Assembly (NCBI RefSeq): GCF_048593235.1
Contig: NC_133622.1
Location: 27,466,001-27,530,000 of the forward strand
Direction: 5' to 3'
Length of the DNA: 64,000 nt
Source of the DNA: Sminthopsis crassicaudata
Taxonomy: Eukaryota
Numbering within the stretch: position 1 is the first letter of the stretch; each line of letters opens with the position of its first letter. Below, piece after piece: positions 37,907 to 49,800 of this stretch. The notes beneath the pieces were generated by a model. The model saw only the letters and a list, made by a program, of their open reading frames with translations, was not told where the DNA came from and searched no databases. A program made the translations under genes and the position numbers.

Positions 37907-39399
37907 CATCATTGCCAGTTAGAAAAAATGATGATAAGAGAGGAATAAAATAGAGGGAAAAGGAAATAAAAACTCTCAAGAATATCCTCTTGTTGTAAAG
38001 GCAAGTTAGAAAATACTAGTACTTAAAGGAAGTATTATTTTAAACCCAACAGATAATGTTTTTGAATGAACTGTCTTCATGCAAGATAAGAGTTAGACTA
38101 GATGATCTTTGAGGTCCCTATTCTATTTTACCCTATGGTTTCACTCTATGGAAAATCATTCTCTTCTTTCTTCATTTTATCCCTTCCTCATTCATCAAGT
38201 TTAACATTATTTCTGTGAACTTCTTTTGATTATATTTTTCATTTTCATCAATCTATACATGCACATATATTGTATAAGCTGTGTAAACTTAAACCAAACA
38301 TCTCTGGACTAGAATTTTCTCATTTTTACTTGTTGATTTTTAATATTGTTTCCTTAATAAACATTTTGTGATTTAAATTTCAGCTGCCAAGACAATTAGT
38401 AATGATTCATTTTATTTATCATCATCAACAAAATTATAGAAAATAAATTAAAGACATAGCTTTCTTTGTATCATATAAAGTGAAATTCAGTTTGTAGAAA
38501 ATAATCATTACAGTATATTTCATTTCTTATCCTTTTCCTTCAATTTTGGAAACATTTAACTGAGATCAATCTCATAATTTAGTGGGTATGGATTTTTATG
38601 TTTCAGTTTTTAAAAGAGTTTTCTATCTCATTTGTGCTTGTTGTATACATATGGTTCTGTTTATGTGACTCATGCCTTGGGCACCTGCTGATCTAGATGC
38701 TACATTTATATTGTTCATTGACACTTTTATTTTTCCTCTGTCTACTTCCTGCTGTGCTGTGGTTTAATGAATAATTTGTTTAGTGTTATTAGTTCATAAA
38801 GCTAGAATAAAGACAATAGAATTGAGAAAACTGCTATATAAAATAGTTTAATTCCAAAGTTCTGTGAGGTTTATATTCATAACTCTTAAGAAATAATTCC
38901 TTCAGTATTTTTATAGGTGAATATATGGGTGTTTGTGGTCTCTCAGGATTTGTGATTTCCATTCCAAGAATTTCTACAACACTTGACCACATTTTCTATC
39001 TCCTTGCATTGTTACATTTTTCCTTCATGTATGAAATTGTAGAGATCCTGCCTTTAAAGGATGTCTGCTCCTTCAGCACCAAGAACAGAGCTGCAGACAT
39101 AATTATACATAGTTCACTAAATAGCCTTTTGATGATTTTAAAAAATGTTATTATTATTATTATTTTTAGTGTATAGATTCATTTTGGAGAAGGGGGAATT
39201 TTGAACCTGGAAATCCTCAGATATTCCCTAAGTTACTTTATTTTTCTAAATTTCTTTAAAACTTAGAAGTATTTGTGCAAAGTTGCTTCTAAGACACCCA
39301 ATCATGTTGATTTACCTAGTATTTTTCCCACTGCATCACATAATTTTAGAATTAGAAAAATCCCAATGGCCTTTTATTAAAATTTATATTCAATTCAGA

Positions 39400-40035
39400 A
39401 TATCCACCACAAAGTATTCAAAAAGTTATCAACCAGCCTTTAATTAAAGACTCTAGTGAGAAAAAAAAATCAACTTCCTCTGGAGCTTCACTTTTTAGGA
39501 AGTTTTTCCTGACTTCAAGCATAAAGTTTCTTCTACTCATTGTTCCTAGTTCTTCTCTTTAAGACCAAACAATACAAGACTAACCTACCTTCCACATGGA
39601 AGTCCTATGAATACTCTAAGATAGTAATCCTGTCTCTCTACCTTTCAGATATTTTGTTCTCCAAGTTAAATAGTCAGTTACTTCAGCCAAATCTTATATT
39701 TCCAGGAAATCAAGGCCTTTACCACTCTGATTATCAACCATACCCTAGTAGTTGCTGGTTTATCAAAATTCTTCCAAAATGTGATGTTCAGAGTTCAACA
39801 AAATATATCAGCTTAGATGGCCAGAACATAATAGGTCAAAATAATATTTCACTTAACGTATTTCCACATTTTCCTGAAATATTAAATTGTTGGCTTATAC
39901 TGATCTTACAGTTCACAAAAAATCATTTTTTCATATAAACCACTGTCTAATAATGCTTTACCAGTTTATTCTTATAAAGTTGATATTTAATCAAAGTGTA
40001 AGACTTTACATTTATTCCTATTATAGTTCAAATTT
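39400..40035 (-). mobile_element. CR1/L3 fragment
   Basis: taggaagtttttcctgacttcaagc, cattgttcctagttctt, ttgttctccaagttaaatag, cttccaaaatgtgatgttcagagttcaaca, aagtgtaagactttacatttattcc. Confidence 0.7.
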
Positions 40036-40039
40036 ATAG

Positions 40040-40940
40040 ATTTAGTCTGATAAATCTTGTGTGATTCTGACTGCAACTCTGTAACATTGAATGGTGTCTT
40101 TCTAGCTACTTGAAATATTTTCTCTTTGACCTGAGAGCTCTAGAATTTAACTTTAAAATGCCTGAGAATTTGTTTTTTTATTCCCGTCAGGAAATAACCA
40201 ATGGACTCTTTTGATTTCTATTTTACCTTCAATCTAAGATGTCAGGGCAATTTTCCTTCATAATTTTCTGAAATATGATGTCTAGGCCTTATCTTTGATT
40301 GTGAATTTCTAATAGCCCAATAATTCTTAAATTAGCTTTACTTGATCTACCTTTTAGGTCAGTTGTTTTTCCAATGAGATATTTCATATTTTCTTCTATT
40401 TTTTTCATTCTTTTGACTTTGCTTTTCAATGTCTCTTGAAGTCCTTAGCTCATAGTGGTTGTTCTGTTGTTTCAATTCTGTTTGATTCATGGTTTTTCTT
40501 GGATTTGGATTTTCTTGGAAATGATCAACGGGGGTGATTTGCCATTTTCTTTCCCTCACTCATATCATAGATGAGAAAACAGAAGCAAATGGGTTTAAGT
40601 GACTTGTCCATAGTCATCTATCAGTGTCTGAAGTCAGATTTAAATGCAGAAAGTGACTCTTTTTGATTCCAGGTCTGGTGCACTATTCAGCTTCCATTTG
40701 CCTAATTCTTATTTTAATGAATTATTTTATTCAGTGAGATTTTGTACCTTTTTCCATTTTGCCAGTTCTTCTTTTTAAGGAATTCTTATCTTCAATATCT
40801 TTGTGCCTCTTTTACTAGCTGTTAATATTGTTTTCACATTTTTCTTATAAAACTCATTATTTTTAATTTTTTCTTCTACTTCTCTTCTACATCTCTTTAA
40901 CTCTTCCAGAAATTCCTTTTGGGTTGTTTTTTTTATCAGG
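40040..40940 (-). mobile_element. L1 ORF1 fragment, interrupted by a SINE at ~40545-40700
   Basis: Reverse complement gives IEKQSQKNEKxEENMKYLIGKTTDLKGRSSKANLRIIGL and ..SQVKRKYFK..VRITQDL (L1 ORF1p). Confidence 0.8.
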
Positions 40941-41206
40941 ATTTTATTTTATTTTGCTTATTCTTAATAAGGTTATTATAAAGTTTTGGAAACATCTTAA
41001 TATTTAATAAAAATCTATTATGAATTACAAGTCCATTTTCAATCAAATGGATAGTTATTGACAAGTAGTAGAACTTTCTGTAAGTGAAAGAGAAAAGAAG
41101 CTTCAGATGATAATGATGAAGAAGCAAAGAACAGTTTGACAAGCTGGTATAGCTTGTAATCAGCCCTTTTTTCCAGTGTTTTCAAATTTTGAATATCCCC
41201 AGTTTA

Positions 41207-41531
41207 TGTGAGCACTGTTTTGTTTTGTTTTGTTTTTCTTCCCAGATTATTTTTAGCTTCCGAATACAATTCTTCCTTTGCAACAACAACAACAACAACA
41301 ACAAAATTCGGTTCTGCACATATATATTGTACCCAGGATATACTATAAAATATTTAATATGTATGGGAATGCCTGCCATCTATGGGAGGGGGTGGAGGGA
41401 AGGAAGGGAAAAATTTGGAACAAAGTTCCCTTCGGAACAGAAGGGAGTACAAGGGATAATGTTGTAAAAAAATTACCTATGAATATGTACTATCAAAGAA
41501 AATGTTATAATTATAAAAATTAATAAAAAAA
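41207..41531 (+). mobile_element. Young L1 3' UTR stub (325 bp) with a perfect 16-bp TSD
   Basis: TSD gaatatccccagttta at 41191-41206 and 41532-41547; short A tail; same subfamily as 22685-23611. Confidence 0.95.
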
Positions 41532-42688
41532 GAATATCCCCAGTTTACATTTCTTTACATTTGAAATGCACTACCTCTTCACTTCTGAGAATTCCTAGCT
41601 TCTTTCAAAGTATAGTCCTGGTAACATCTCTAACTGGAAGGCCAAGTGACTAGTACATAGTAGAAACTTAATGCTTGTTGAATTAAATGTATTGTTTGAT
41701 TTCTGTTGATTTGCTTCATCTGTGATTAAATACTGGATAGAAGGTTGATCCAAGTATGTTTTCTTCCTCTCTTGACCCTCACAATAAGTCTGAGTATTGG
41801 GTAAGTGCCACTTAAGTGGAACATATTCTTTACAGATAATTTGAAGTCACAAATCATCATCCAGAGAAGACTGGTATTTAAAATGGACTTCTATAATGAT
41901 GGACACCTTGTGATGGTTGTTGAAAATTACTCATATTCACAAATTCACCTAAGAGAAATGTATTCCTATTGCTTGTTTCTTGGCTTTTTACATTATCTAC
42001 CTAAAAAGCTCATTCACAATTGGATAGACCAATTCAACAAGGTGGTGTTCAGATTACATGATGAGAGTTGAATAATGTACCCTTTAAAATCTAACCTTCC
42101 TCCCTGCCCTCAACATTTTGTCTTTTATGGACAGTAAGGCCATTATTATTATCTAATTATTCTGAATGTCATGGAGGATATGGTTATGCATCTGGCAAGT
42201 TGCCATTTCCTAGTAGAAACATCTTTAAAACTTTGCTATCAAAAGTAATTCTTTTACTTGGATTTTACCTAGGTCATCTTATGTGATGCAAATGAACAAA
42301 ACTTGTATTCACTTGATGTCAGTATCTGGCAGATTGTTCAGTAAATGAATCACTATAGTTGCATCTTGTATACTTTTGACACCTGCATGACAAGTACTTT
42401 GTCAGAGGAGAATTTTCAAGGCAATGTTTTGCTCTGATTCAAATTCTTTTTTAAAAATCTATAAACAGCTTAACCTTTTGTTTTTTCTTAAATAAGCATT
42501 TATCAATCTGCTTGTGAACATAAAGATGTGGTTCACTAGAGGAAATATCCTGTGAATACCTGCCTGTACCTTTCTTATTTTCACCACAGCCAACCTATGT
42601 ATGTGTATATTCTATTTTCATGAAAATATTAAAGATCAAATAGGTGTATAGGTTAGTAGTTGCTGTTTTCTTCCTATTCTTCTTCTTC

Positions 42689-42690
<2 letters not shown>

Positions 42691-42728
<38 letters not shown>
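42691..42728. repeat. (GT)19 microsatellite
   Basis: Read directly. Confidence 0.97.
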
Positions 42729-42734
<6 letters not shown>

Positions 42735-43252
42735 TTGAGAAAAACCATATCTATGACCTTTCCATTTTCTTGGAATCTTCCCCTCTTTGAAATCTTGAGC
42801 AGCAACCAATAAATGCTTGAAGCCTATAGTACTTTCAATAGATTTCTTCTAATTCTTTGCCCTTCCCTTCCTATTCTTCTTAACTTTATTTCTTTAAGTG
42901 TCATTATTTCTTCATATAGCACAATGGGTTCAGAGGCCATATAAGTTTAAGTGTGCTGATTCACTAAGGTTGTCTATGAGGAAAAAAAGATCACTGGAAA
43001 AATCCTGGCAAATATTTTTAGAATTGAATATAAGTAAATATTCTTGGAAGCAGACTTTTTATTTCCCCTTAAATGGTGTGCTTATCCATATTTTCAACAA
43101 CTGTATTAGATATTTCTGAGATTCTTCTATAAATTTGACAAATGTAACTGATATGAGAACCATGTCCTAAGAAAATGTCATTTTATATCAAAAAATATAA
43201 ATATATATATGTATATTTAATAGATGTATATACAGATATAAGCACTTATTTA

Positions 43253-43318
43253 TCACTAATCCTTCTAGTTTTTTCAGCTTGTGAGGCAGCCATTGGCCTT
43301 GCACTGCTGGTCAAAATA
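43253..43318 (+). pseudogene. ND4L: NUMT: fragment of mitochondrial NADH dehydrogenase subunit 4L
   Basis: tca cta atc ctt cta gtt ttt tca gct tgt gag gca gcc att ggc ctt gca ctg ctg gtc aaa ata = SLILLVFSACEAAIGLALLVK(M/I), matching the vertebrate ND4L motif LVF(S/A)ACEA(A/G)VGLALLV; flanks are non-mitochondrial. Confidence 0.8.
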
Positions 43319-43609
43319 TGAAATCCAAGGCCACATGAAAAAAAATTGTGGTAAAGAGGTATCAGAAATTGTAATGGGATATATAAAAATGTAAATAAAC
43401 ATGGAGGTGAATTTATAGCCAGACAATAGACAGCTTCAATGGGACAATACTTCCAAATGGACTGGTACGAACAGAACCCTAGTGAAGTGCTCCATGCTGA
43501 AATGCAATCAATTATTTTCTGAAGGGACAGTCATGGTCTCCTATCAGAAAAAGGCTCCAAAGCATAGAAATATTCCCCAATTAATTAATTTCCTATATAA
43601 TGAAGTAGA

Positions 43610-43870
43610 GAGAACACTACACTGGCAGAAAAGAGCAATGGGCTCTAGCTCTGCCACAAGAGCCTTAAAACATATGTTAGGAAACAGTGGTGTGAAAAAG
43701 AGCATTGGCTTGTATTCATAGAACATAAGTACACATATTACTCTAACTCCTATTACCCTCATGAACTTGCTCAAGTCATTTAACATCAGTCTCAGTTGCC
43801 ACTTTAGGAGTAGAGAGCCGAATTAAATGATGTCTGCGATCCCCATAAGGTCTGAATCAATGATCCTATA
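43610..43870 (+). mobile_element. MIR-type SINE fragments
   Basis: Two heads plus CORE (aacttgctcaagtcatttaacatcagtctcag) and tail aattaaatgatgtctgcgatcccc. Confidence 0.55.
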
Positions 43871-44149
43871 ACGTTCTTTGTCCTACTTAAGACAGTGATA
43901 TGAGAACCTTGGCCCAAATGTTAGTAAAGTATTCTCCCTCTTTCCAGTTATCCAAATCTTCTTCTGATCTCTAAAGTTTGGTTCACGTCCCACCAAATTT
44001 TCCTAAAATTTGCTCCATTTACTTAATTCTTCCAAATGTGTCTCTTTTCTCAGTTTCATGTAGTAATTCTCTCTACCACTTAGAATATTTTTTTCTTTTT
44101 AGGTTAGTTACTCTTCCCTTACTCACCAGAAGGTAAATTTGACATCTTC

Positions 44150-44225
44150 CCTTTTATTCTCTAAAGCACCTAGTAGAGTCCTGGTCACAAAGTAAGCACT
44201 TAATAAATGTTGCCTGATTGCTTGC
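44150..44225 (+). mobile_element. L2 3' end
   Basis: agcacctagtagagtcctggtcacaaagtaagcacttaataaatgttg. Confidence 0.6.
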
Positions 44226-46504
44226 ATTGCACAATGGCAAGAGCAGTGGAACTTTAGTACAACTGAGCTGTACTCCAAACTCAGACTTCACTTAGTTATA
44301 TAGCCTTGATCAAGTAATTTTATTTTATTTTTTGATCTTTGATTTTCTCATTGAAACAAAGAGATTGAAAGAAATTAAATACCTGGGCCTTTGTAACTAA
44401 ATTTCTATACTTTTAATATTCCCATCTGGCACAGATACTGACCCTGAGCAAAGAGAAAAGGACACATCAAAGATGGAAATACAAGATGTTTCATTGTTTT
44501 GATTTTTTTAAAATTGTGTAAAGTTCTAGTGATTGTAATGGTACTTCACATTCACTTGGTGATTAATGCTTTTCAAGAGCTCTTTCCCATAGTTGAATTA
44601 TCTTGTTTTAGAATTGAATTCTTGAGAAACATAAGCCAAATTGTATACCTAATTTGAATATAGTATCTTCACCATTAATTAAATTAGCCTAATCACTAAA
44701 CCTTCAAAAATAGAATTTGCAAGTACCTTTACTATCAAATACCATCATAGCATATCAGGAGCATTTAAGTGCAAGCTGTAGTTTCTGAATTTGTGGTCAT
44801 AATCTGCTATAAAATTAAATGATTACTTCTTGGGGACTTATAAGAGAACTAAAATCAGCATAATTTTCATTAAACTCTGAATACGCAGAGCATTGCAAAC
44901 ATTTACAGTGAGTAGTGTTCATAAGAGTGAAATAAAATATGTAAAACTATGTCTCATTGAATGTTTTCATATTCTCTAGTGCCTAGCACAGAGTTCTTAA
45001 AGTGGATGAAGAACTCAGGTCTACTCATTGACTTGCCAGCTTATAGCACATTTAAAATGTCTATGATCAAATTTATGAAACTTATGGATTAATAGATGCT
45101 GCCAAGAAAATTACTTTCCAAAGTTTTATTATCATAAAAAGGCTACTGGAATATAGTGAAGCCCAAGTTTTGAAAAGTTTCCAAACTGGAAAAGCTTTGA
45201 GTACAGGTTTGATAACAGTACTGATCAACCAAAGTCTGGCACTGCAAAATACAGAAAAACTCACCAGCTAATGTTTCAACCATATGAACTCACTATGGAG
45301 GCAAAGAGGCAAAAAAGGGCTACGATCTTCATTGGTGAAAAGGGTAATCCCTTTCTGAAAATCAGGGCTCACTTGAAGTATTAATTGATATAAAAATGCC
45401 AAACTGAACAATTACTGGACCTAGCCAAGTGGATATCATCAAAATAACTGTTTCACTAAGTCATAGTTACCCCTGATGAACTCTTGCAACCCAACAAAAG
45501 TACGAGTTGGATTTTTGTGCTACAAAGACCTTCTTTCCATCCAGTACCAATGAAGAAGATTCTGCAGGATCCTTCTTTTTACTATGGAGCTGGGAGCTGG
45601 GGTACAGAGAGAGAGATAAAATTGGGAACCATGAATCTACTGTGGGAGTTTTTAGACTAGATCTACCATCTATCTAGAATGCCCAAAAATACAGAGTTCT
45701 CAAAGATCACAAAAGCAAGATTCACTCATTTATATTTAGCATTTCTAAAAGGCAAGATTGTCATGAATCCCATTGCAATTGACATTAAATCCAACACTAA
45801 AACAAATTTCTATTAGATGCCTACAACATAAAAAGCACTGCTCAAGTTCTTGGCAATACAAAGACAAAATGACAACGTTCCATTCAAAGAAATTACATTC
45901 TATCTTAAGAATAATACACAGTATGTAAATGAGTGAGACCAATAACAATTGGGGAGACGAGGAATGGTTCCCATTGGGGGAATGCATGAACTGAGCTATG
46001 GAAGAAACTATAGAATTTTAAAAGCTGCAGATGAGTATGGAGATGGAGTCCTAGGTTCAGAAAAGAGCAAAGAGATTAATTAGACTTAATTAGAATAGGT
46101 AGTGGGGAGTAATGTTCTTGAGGATGACTTCAAGATTTTGAATTAAATGAGAGAAAAGATCAGGAAGCAAGAGACCACACACTAAGGCAACAAAGGGAGA
46201 ACAGAGCTAGAGAAGGAAGTTTCAACACTGAAATGCTCCCAGGGAGGCAGTCATGAAATCAGAGAGTTTCCCAAAGCTTCAATCACATTTGTGAGAAGCA
46301 GGCAGGGATGATCTTATAAATGTGTAGCTACTAGCTCTTCAAAAACTTACATACTGCAAACTTTTAAATTTAATCTGCATTATTAATATTTTCTTCATAA
46401 TTTTCTTATATTGGGAAAATCAACAAAATAATTATGCTATTCTTTGTTTATAGTATATTAATTTCAGGATGTAAATTCTCAATGTGAAAATTTAACAATC
46501 AGTT

Positions 46505-46600
46505 TCTGCGGGGCAGCTAGGTGGTGCAGTGGGTAGAGTACAGCCCTAAGAAGAGGAGAATCTGGTTTTAAATCAGGGCTCAAACCTTTAAAAAGTCAGC
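46505..46600 (+). mobile_element. WSINE-like SINE head
   Basis: ggggcagctaggtggtgcagtgggtagagtacagccc..ggtttaaatc. Confidence 0.7.
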
Positions 46601-46604
46601 TTTT

Positions 46605-46822
46605 AAGCTAGTAGGAGGTGACTCCAGCATTTCCCTAGATATAAGTGTTTGTATCCAATAAATCTGTTGGGTTTTCTTAAATAGAGTCAGTCAGGGATTT
46701 GGCTAGATGCAATGTGATTATCTAAATAAACACAACTTCTACCTCTCACTGCTAATGACTCAGTTCCTCTCTTTGGGTTTAAATCACTCTGGTATTTGAC
46801 CATCTCAGAGATGAATTACATT
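46605..46822 (+). mobile_element. Possible LTR 3' fragment
   Basis: TATAAG, two AATAAA, ends ..gaattaca; composition resembles LTR R-U5. Confidence 0.25.
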
Positions 46823-49800
46823 GTAGAAGTTCTCTTTCTAATCAATTCCCCTTCATCCCACTTCAGCCTGAGCTGATGAAAATCTCTTCTTCCCTTTTGG
46901 GTGACCTTCACCTCGTTCAGTTCCAAATCACACTCTTATGAGCTTTGTTTGAAATAACTATAAATAAATATACATTTTTAATAAGAATTACGAATTGAAT
47001 ATAAATACAAATAAGCAAATAAATGAATAAGCTTCCATTTGGAGTCTATAATAGCCATAGTTGTGTATAGAGATTTTATCCCCTTTCCCTTGCCCTTATC
47101 CTTTTCCCCATTTGTCAGAAGGAAAACAGAAAGTCAAGTCATTAAAAATGGCATCTATAAATAAAAGGGAGTTGTTTGTCCCTGAGCAACACTCCAGAGA
47201 GGGAGAATAAAACAAGAGACAAATGCAGTCACTTTAATTCCAACAGTCTTGCCATCCTGACTTGGCCATCCCTTGCCAATTCTTCTCCTCCATCTATTGC
47301 CTCAGCCTTGTTGGATCATGTTCACCTTTCCTTCATCTGTGCTTTACCTGCCACATCACAAACTCTCAGGGCCACTAGTTTCAGGGACAGCTCCTGGTCC
47401 CTGAATTCCCCAGCAGCTGGGAAGAGGGACCAAGACGCATGAGGACCAGGCTGGCTTAGAGTCTTGTCTCTCCTCTTTCTCTCTCCAAGGGGAATTTTTG
47501 CATTTTGGGCATATGATTTCTTTTGGGAAGTTCCCTGAAGATCAAAAGCTCTAGAAACTTGGGAAGTCATTTGACAGCACCTGCTTCTAGCATTGCTCCA
47601 ATATCCTTCAGGAAAGGGTTTCATTATTAGGAACTAGGGACATTAATTAGGAAATCTGCTCTGATTTATATTTTATGCACAATGACACTTAGGACTTAAC
47701 TATAGGGGCACTATATGTTAAGACATCTCTTTGTATAAAACTGACAGCTTTGATCTTTTAGGGGTTGACTGCCTACTGGAATATAGCCTCTTTTTAAGAA
47801 AAAGGCTATATGGCTTTTGCGTTTACATGTCCAGTACCTAGTAGTGCTTCAAACACAGTAGCCAGTTGAGTGAATTGTCATTCATTCATTTCAAGAAACA
47901 GGAGAAATTATAGCTAACAAACATGCTGTGCCATAAATGTATTTTCTATTAGAGATCATTCTACTTAAAGGAAACTATCATCTAGCATTTGACTCAGTAA
48001 TCCCATAATTCTTGAGTTTTTCTAACCCATTCTCATTCATTTTACTGCTATATTTTCATCTGGTCTCCTAACTATGATCTTACTTAGTTTTATAGCTCCT
48101 TATCTCTAATTATTGTTTTCCTTAGCTTGTAAATTCCAGTTTCTCCAACTGTGGTTTAAGTCTAGAACCAACTTAAATCCATATTATACAAAGTTTACTC
48201 CTCTCTGCCCATGCCTTATTTGCTAATTGAACCTCACAGCTCTCAGTACATTTTTCTATATACTTTGGACCATATTTTATTTTGACTAATTGTAAATCCA
48301 CCAGGAAAAAAAAAACTTTCCACATCAATTTATGAATTCTACTGACAGATAAAAATAAATTTCATTATTTCATATATGATTTATTGTTGTTTCATTCATT
48401 GATTGTAGATTTTAATGGGTTATTTTGTAAATATTTAAGAGAGAGAGACCAGATAAAATGTCTTGTCTGGATCATGTGACCCAAGTGTCTAAGAAAACTC
48501 ACCAACCTGGATATTCCAGCTGATAAAAGGTGAGACCTAGTTAACAACATGAAGATGTTTTATACAACCAATGTGTCTGGTTGCCTATTGTAGAAAGTGA
48601 TATTAGGTCCAATTTGGAAGTAGAAAAAAAAGGGGGAATTCAAATTAAAGCCAGAACAAGGCATGGACCCAAAGAAATGAATCAAAGAACATGAAAACTC
48701 AAGAGTGATAAATATAACAACAATCAAAATAAGAGTTCCAAGGTAAGATTTCAAAAAAAAAAAAAGGTCTTGGTTAGCACAGAGACAAGCCAACAGCAAC
48801 TAGATAAGCAAGCTGCTTCAACAGCAATCTACTGGAAAGTGAAATTCTTTGAAAGTTTACCAAGAATAATCCTTTCCCACCAGAAGCAGATGGGTTGGCC
48901 CCGAAAAAGGTGACTTCTTTGAGTTAGGGAAGTTAATGACACATCCTCTAGCTAAATGGAAATAGAGTTCCCAATCCCAGTTTTCCCAGGTAGAAATGAG
49001 TCCAGATATCAAAAATGGGTTTCATGAAACAAGTAGTCTTTGAAGCAAGGATTTATGTAAGAGAGCCATCTAGTAGGAGGAATACATAGATCTTCCTCAG
49101 AGGAAAACTTTAATGGTATAAGTTGTAAGATTTTAGAATACTAACAAGTAAAAAGATATTCAGAACCATAAAGACTGCTTTCATATAGTCTAGATCATCT
49201 AGAAATCAGAATGAATTATGAACAAAGATCTATGGTTCATATATCTACATCTAAAAATAAATAAATGAAAAAAATTCTTTAATATTGCTTTCTTTGAGAA
49301 ACAAGGAATCATGGGAACCTTTTTACTTTAGACTCAGTTCAGTCATGCTCAAATTAAACAATCTAGAGCATATGACATTTTCTTTTATATTCCTAGAAAA
49401 GTAACACTTGTCACGAAATGCCTCTCTACTGAGGTTCACTTTGGGGATATTTCTGTGGGAAAAGAATTCCTCATATACACAATACTATTGCAATGCCAAG
49501 TGAGAAATACTGAGGGATTTTTTTTTTCATTTTCATCAATCTAAATCTCTTTGATGATCAAAGAGGGAAATACACACATTAGAATTAAAATAAAAAGCAA
49601 TTGTGATCTGGTGACAATAATCCATGACAGTAAAAGGAGAATAACACAAGTCCAGCTTTTTTTTTTTCAGCTTCTTCTGAACATATGGTGTTATTTTCCT
49701 ATCTGGAAAGTAATGTTCTTGACATTCTTGTTATCTGAGTGAGGGGCAGGTGGGGACTAGAAAGGCAGTGTAGAGTGATACATAACTGAGTCCAAGCAAA

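Noticed and set aside
41805-42071. 88-aa ORF with a DQF..VFR stretch faintly echoed at ~560-600
   Set aside because: Similarity too short and not matched to a real RT or transposase motif
45056-45271. 71-codon stop-free plus-strand frame without a start codon (NVYDQIYETYGLIDAAKK...)
   Set aside because: No recognisable cellular or viral motif and no convincing splice sites; plausible by chance in 64 kb
47781-47811. Hairpin atatagcct(c)tttt-taag-aaaaaggctatat
   Set aside because: Stem of ~13 bp is too short for a pre-miRNA or MITE; no TSD
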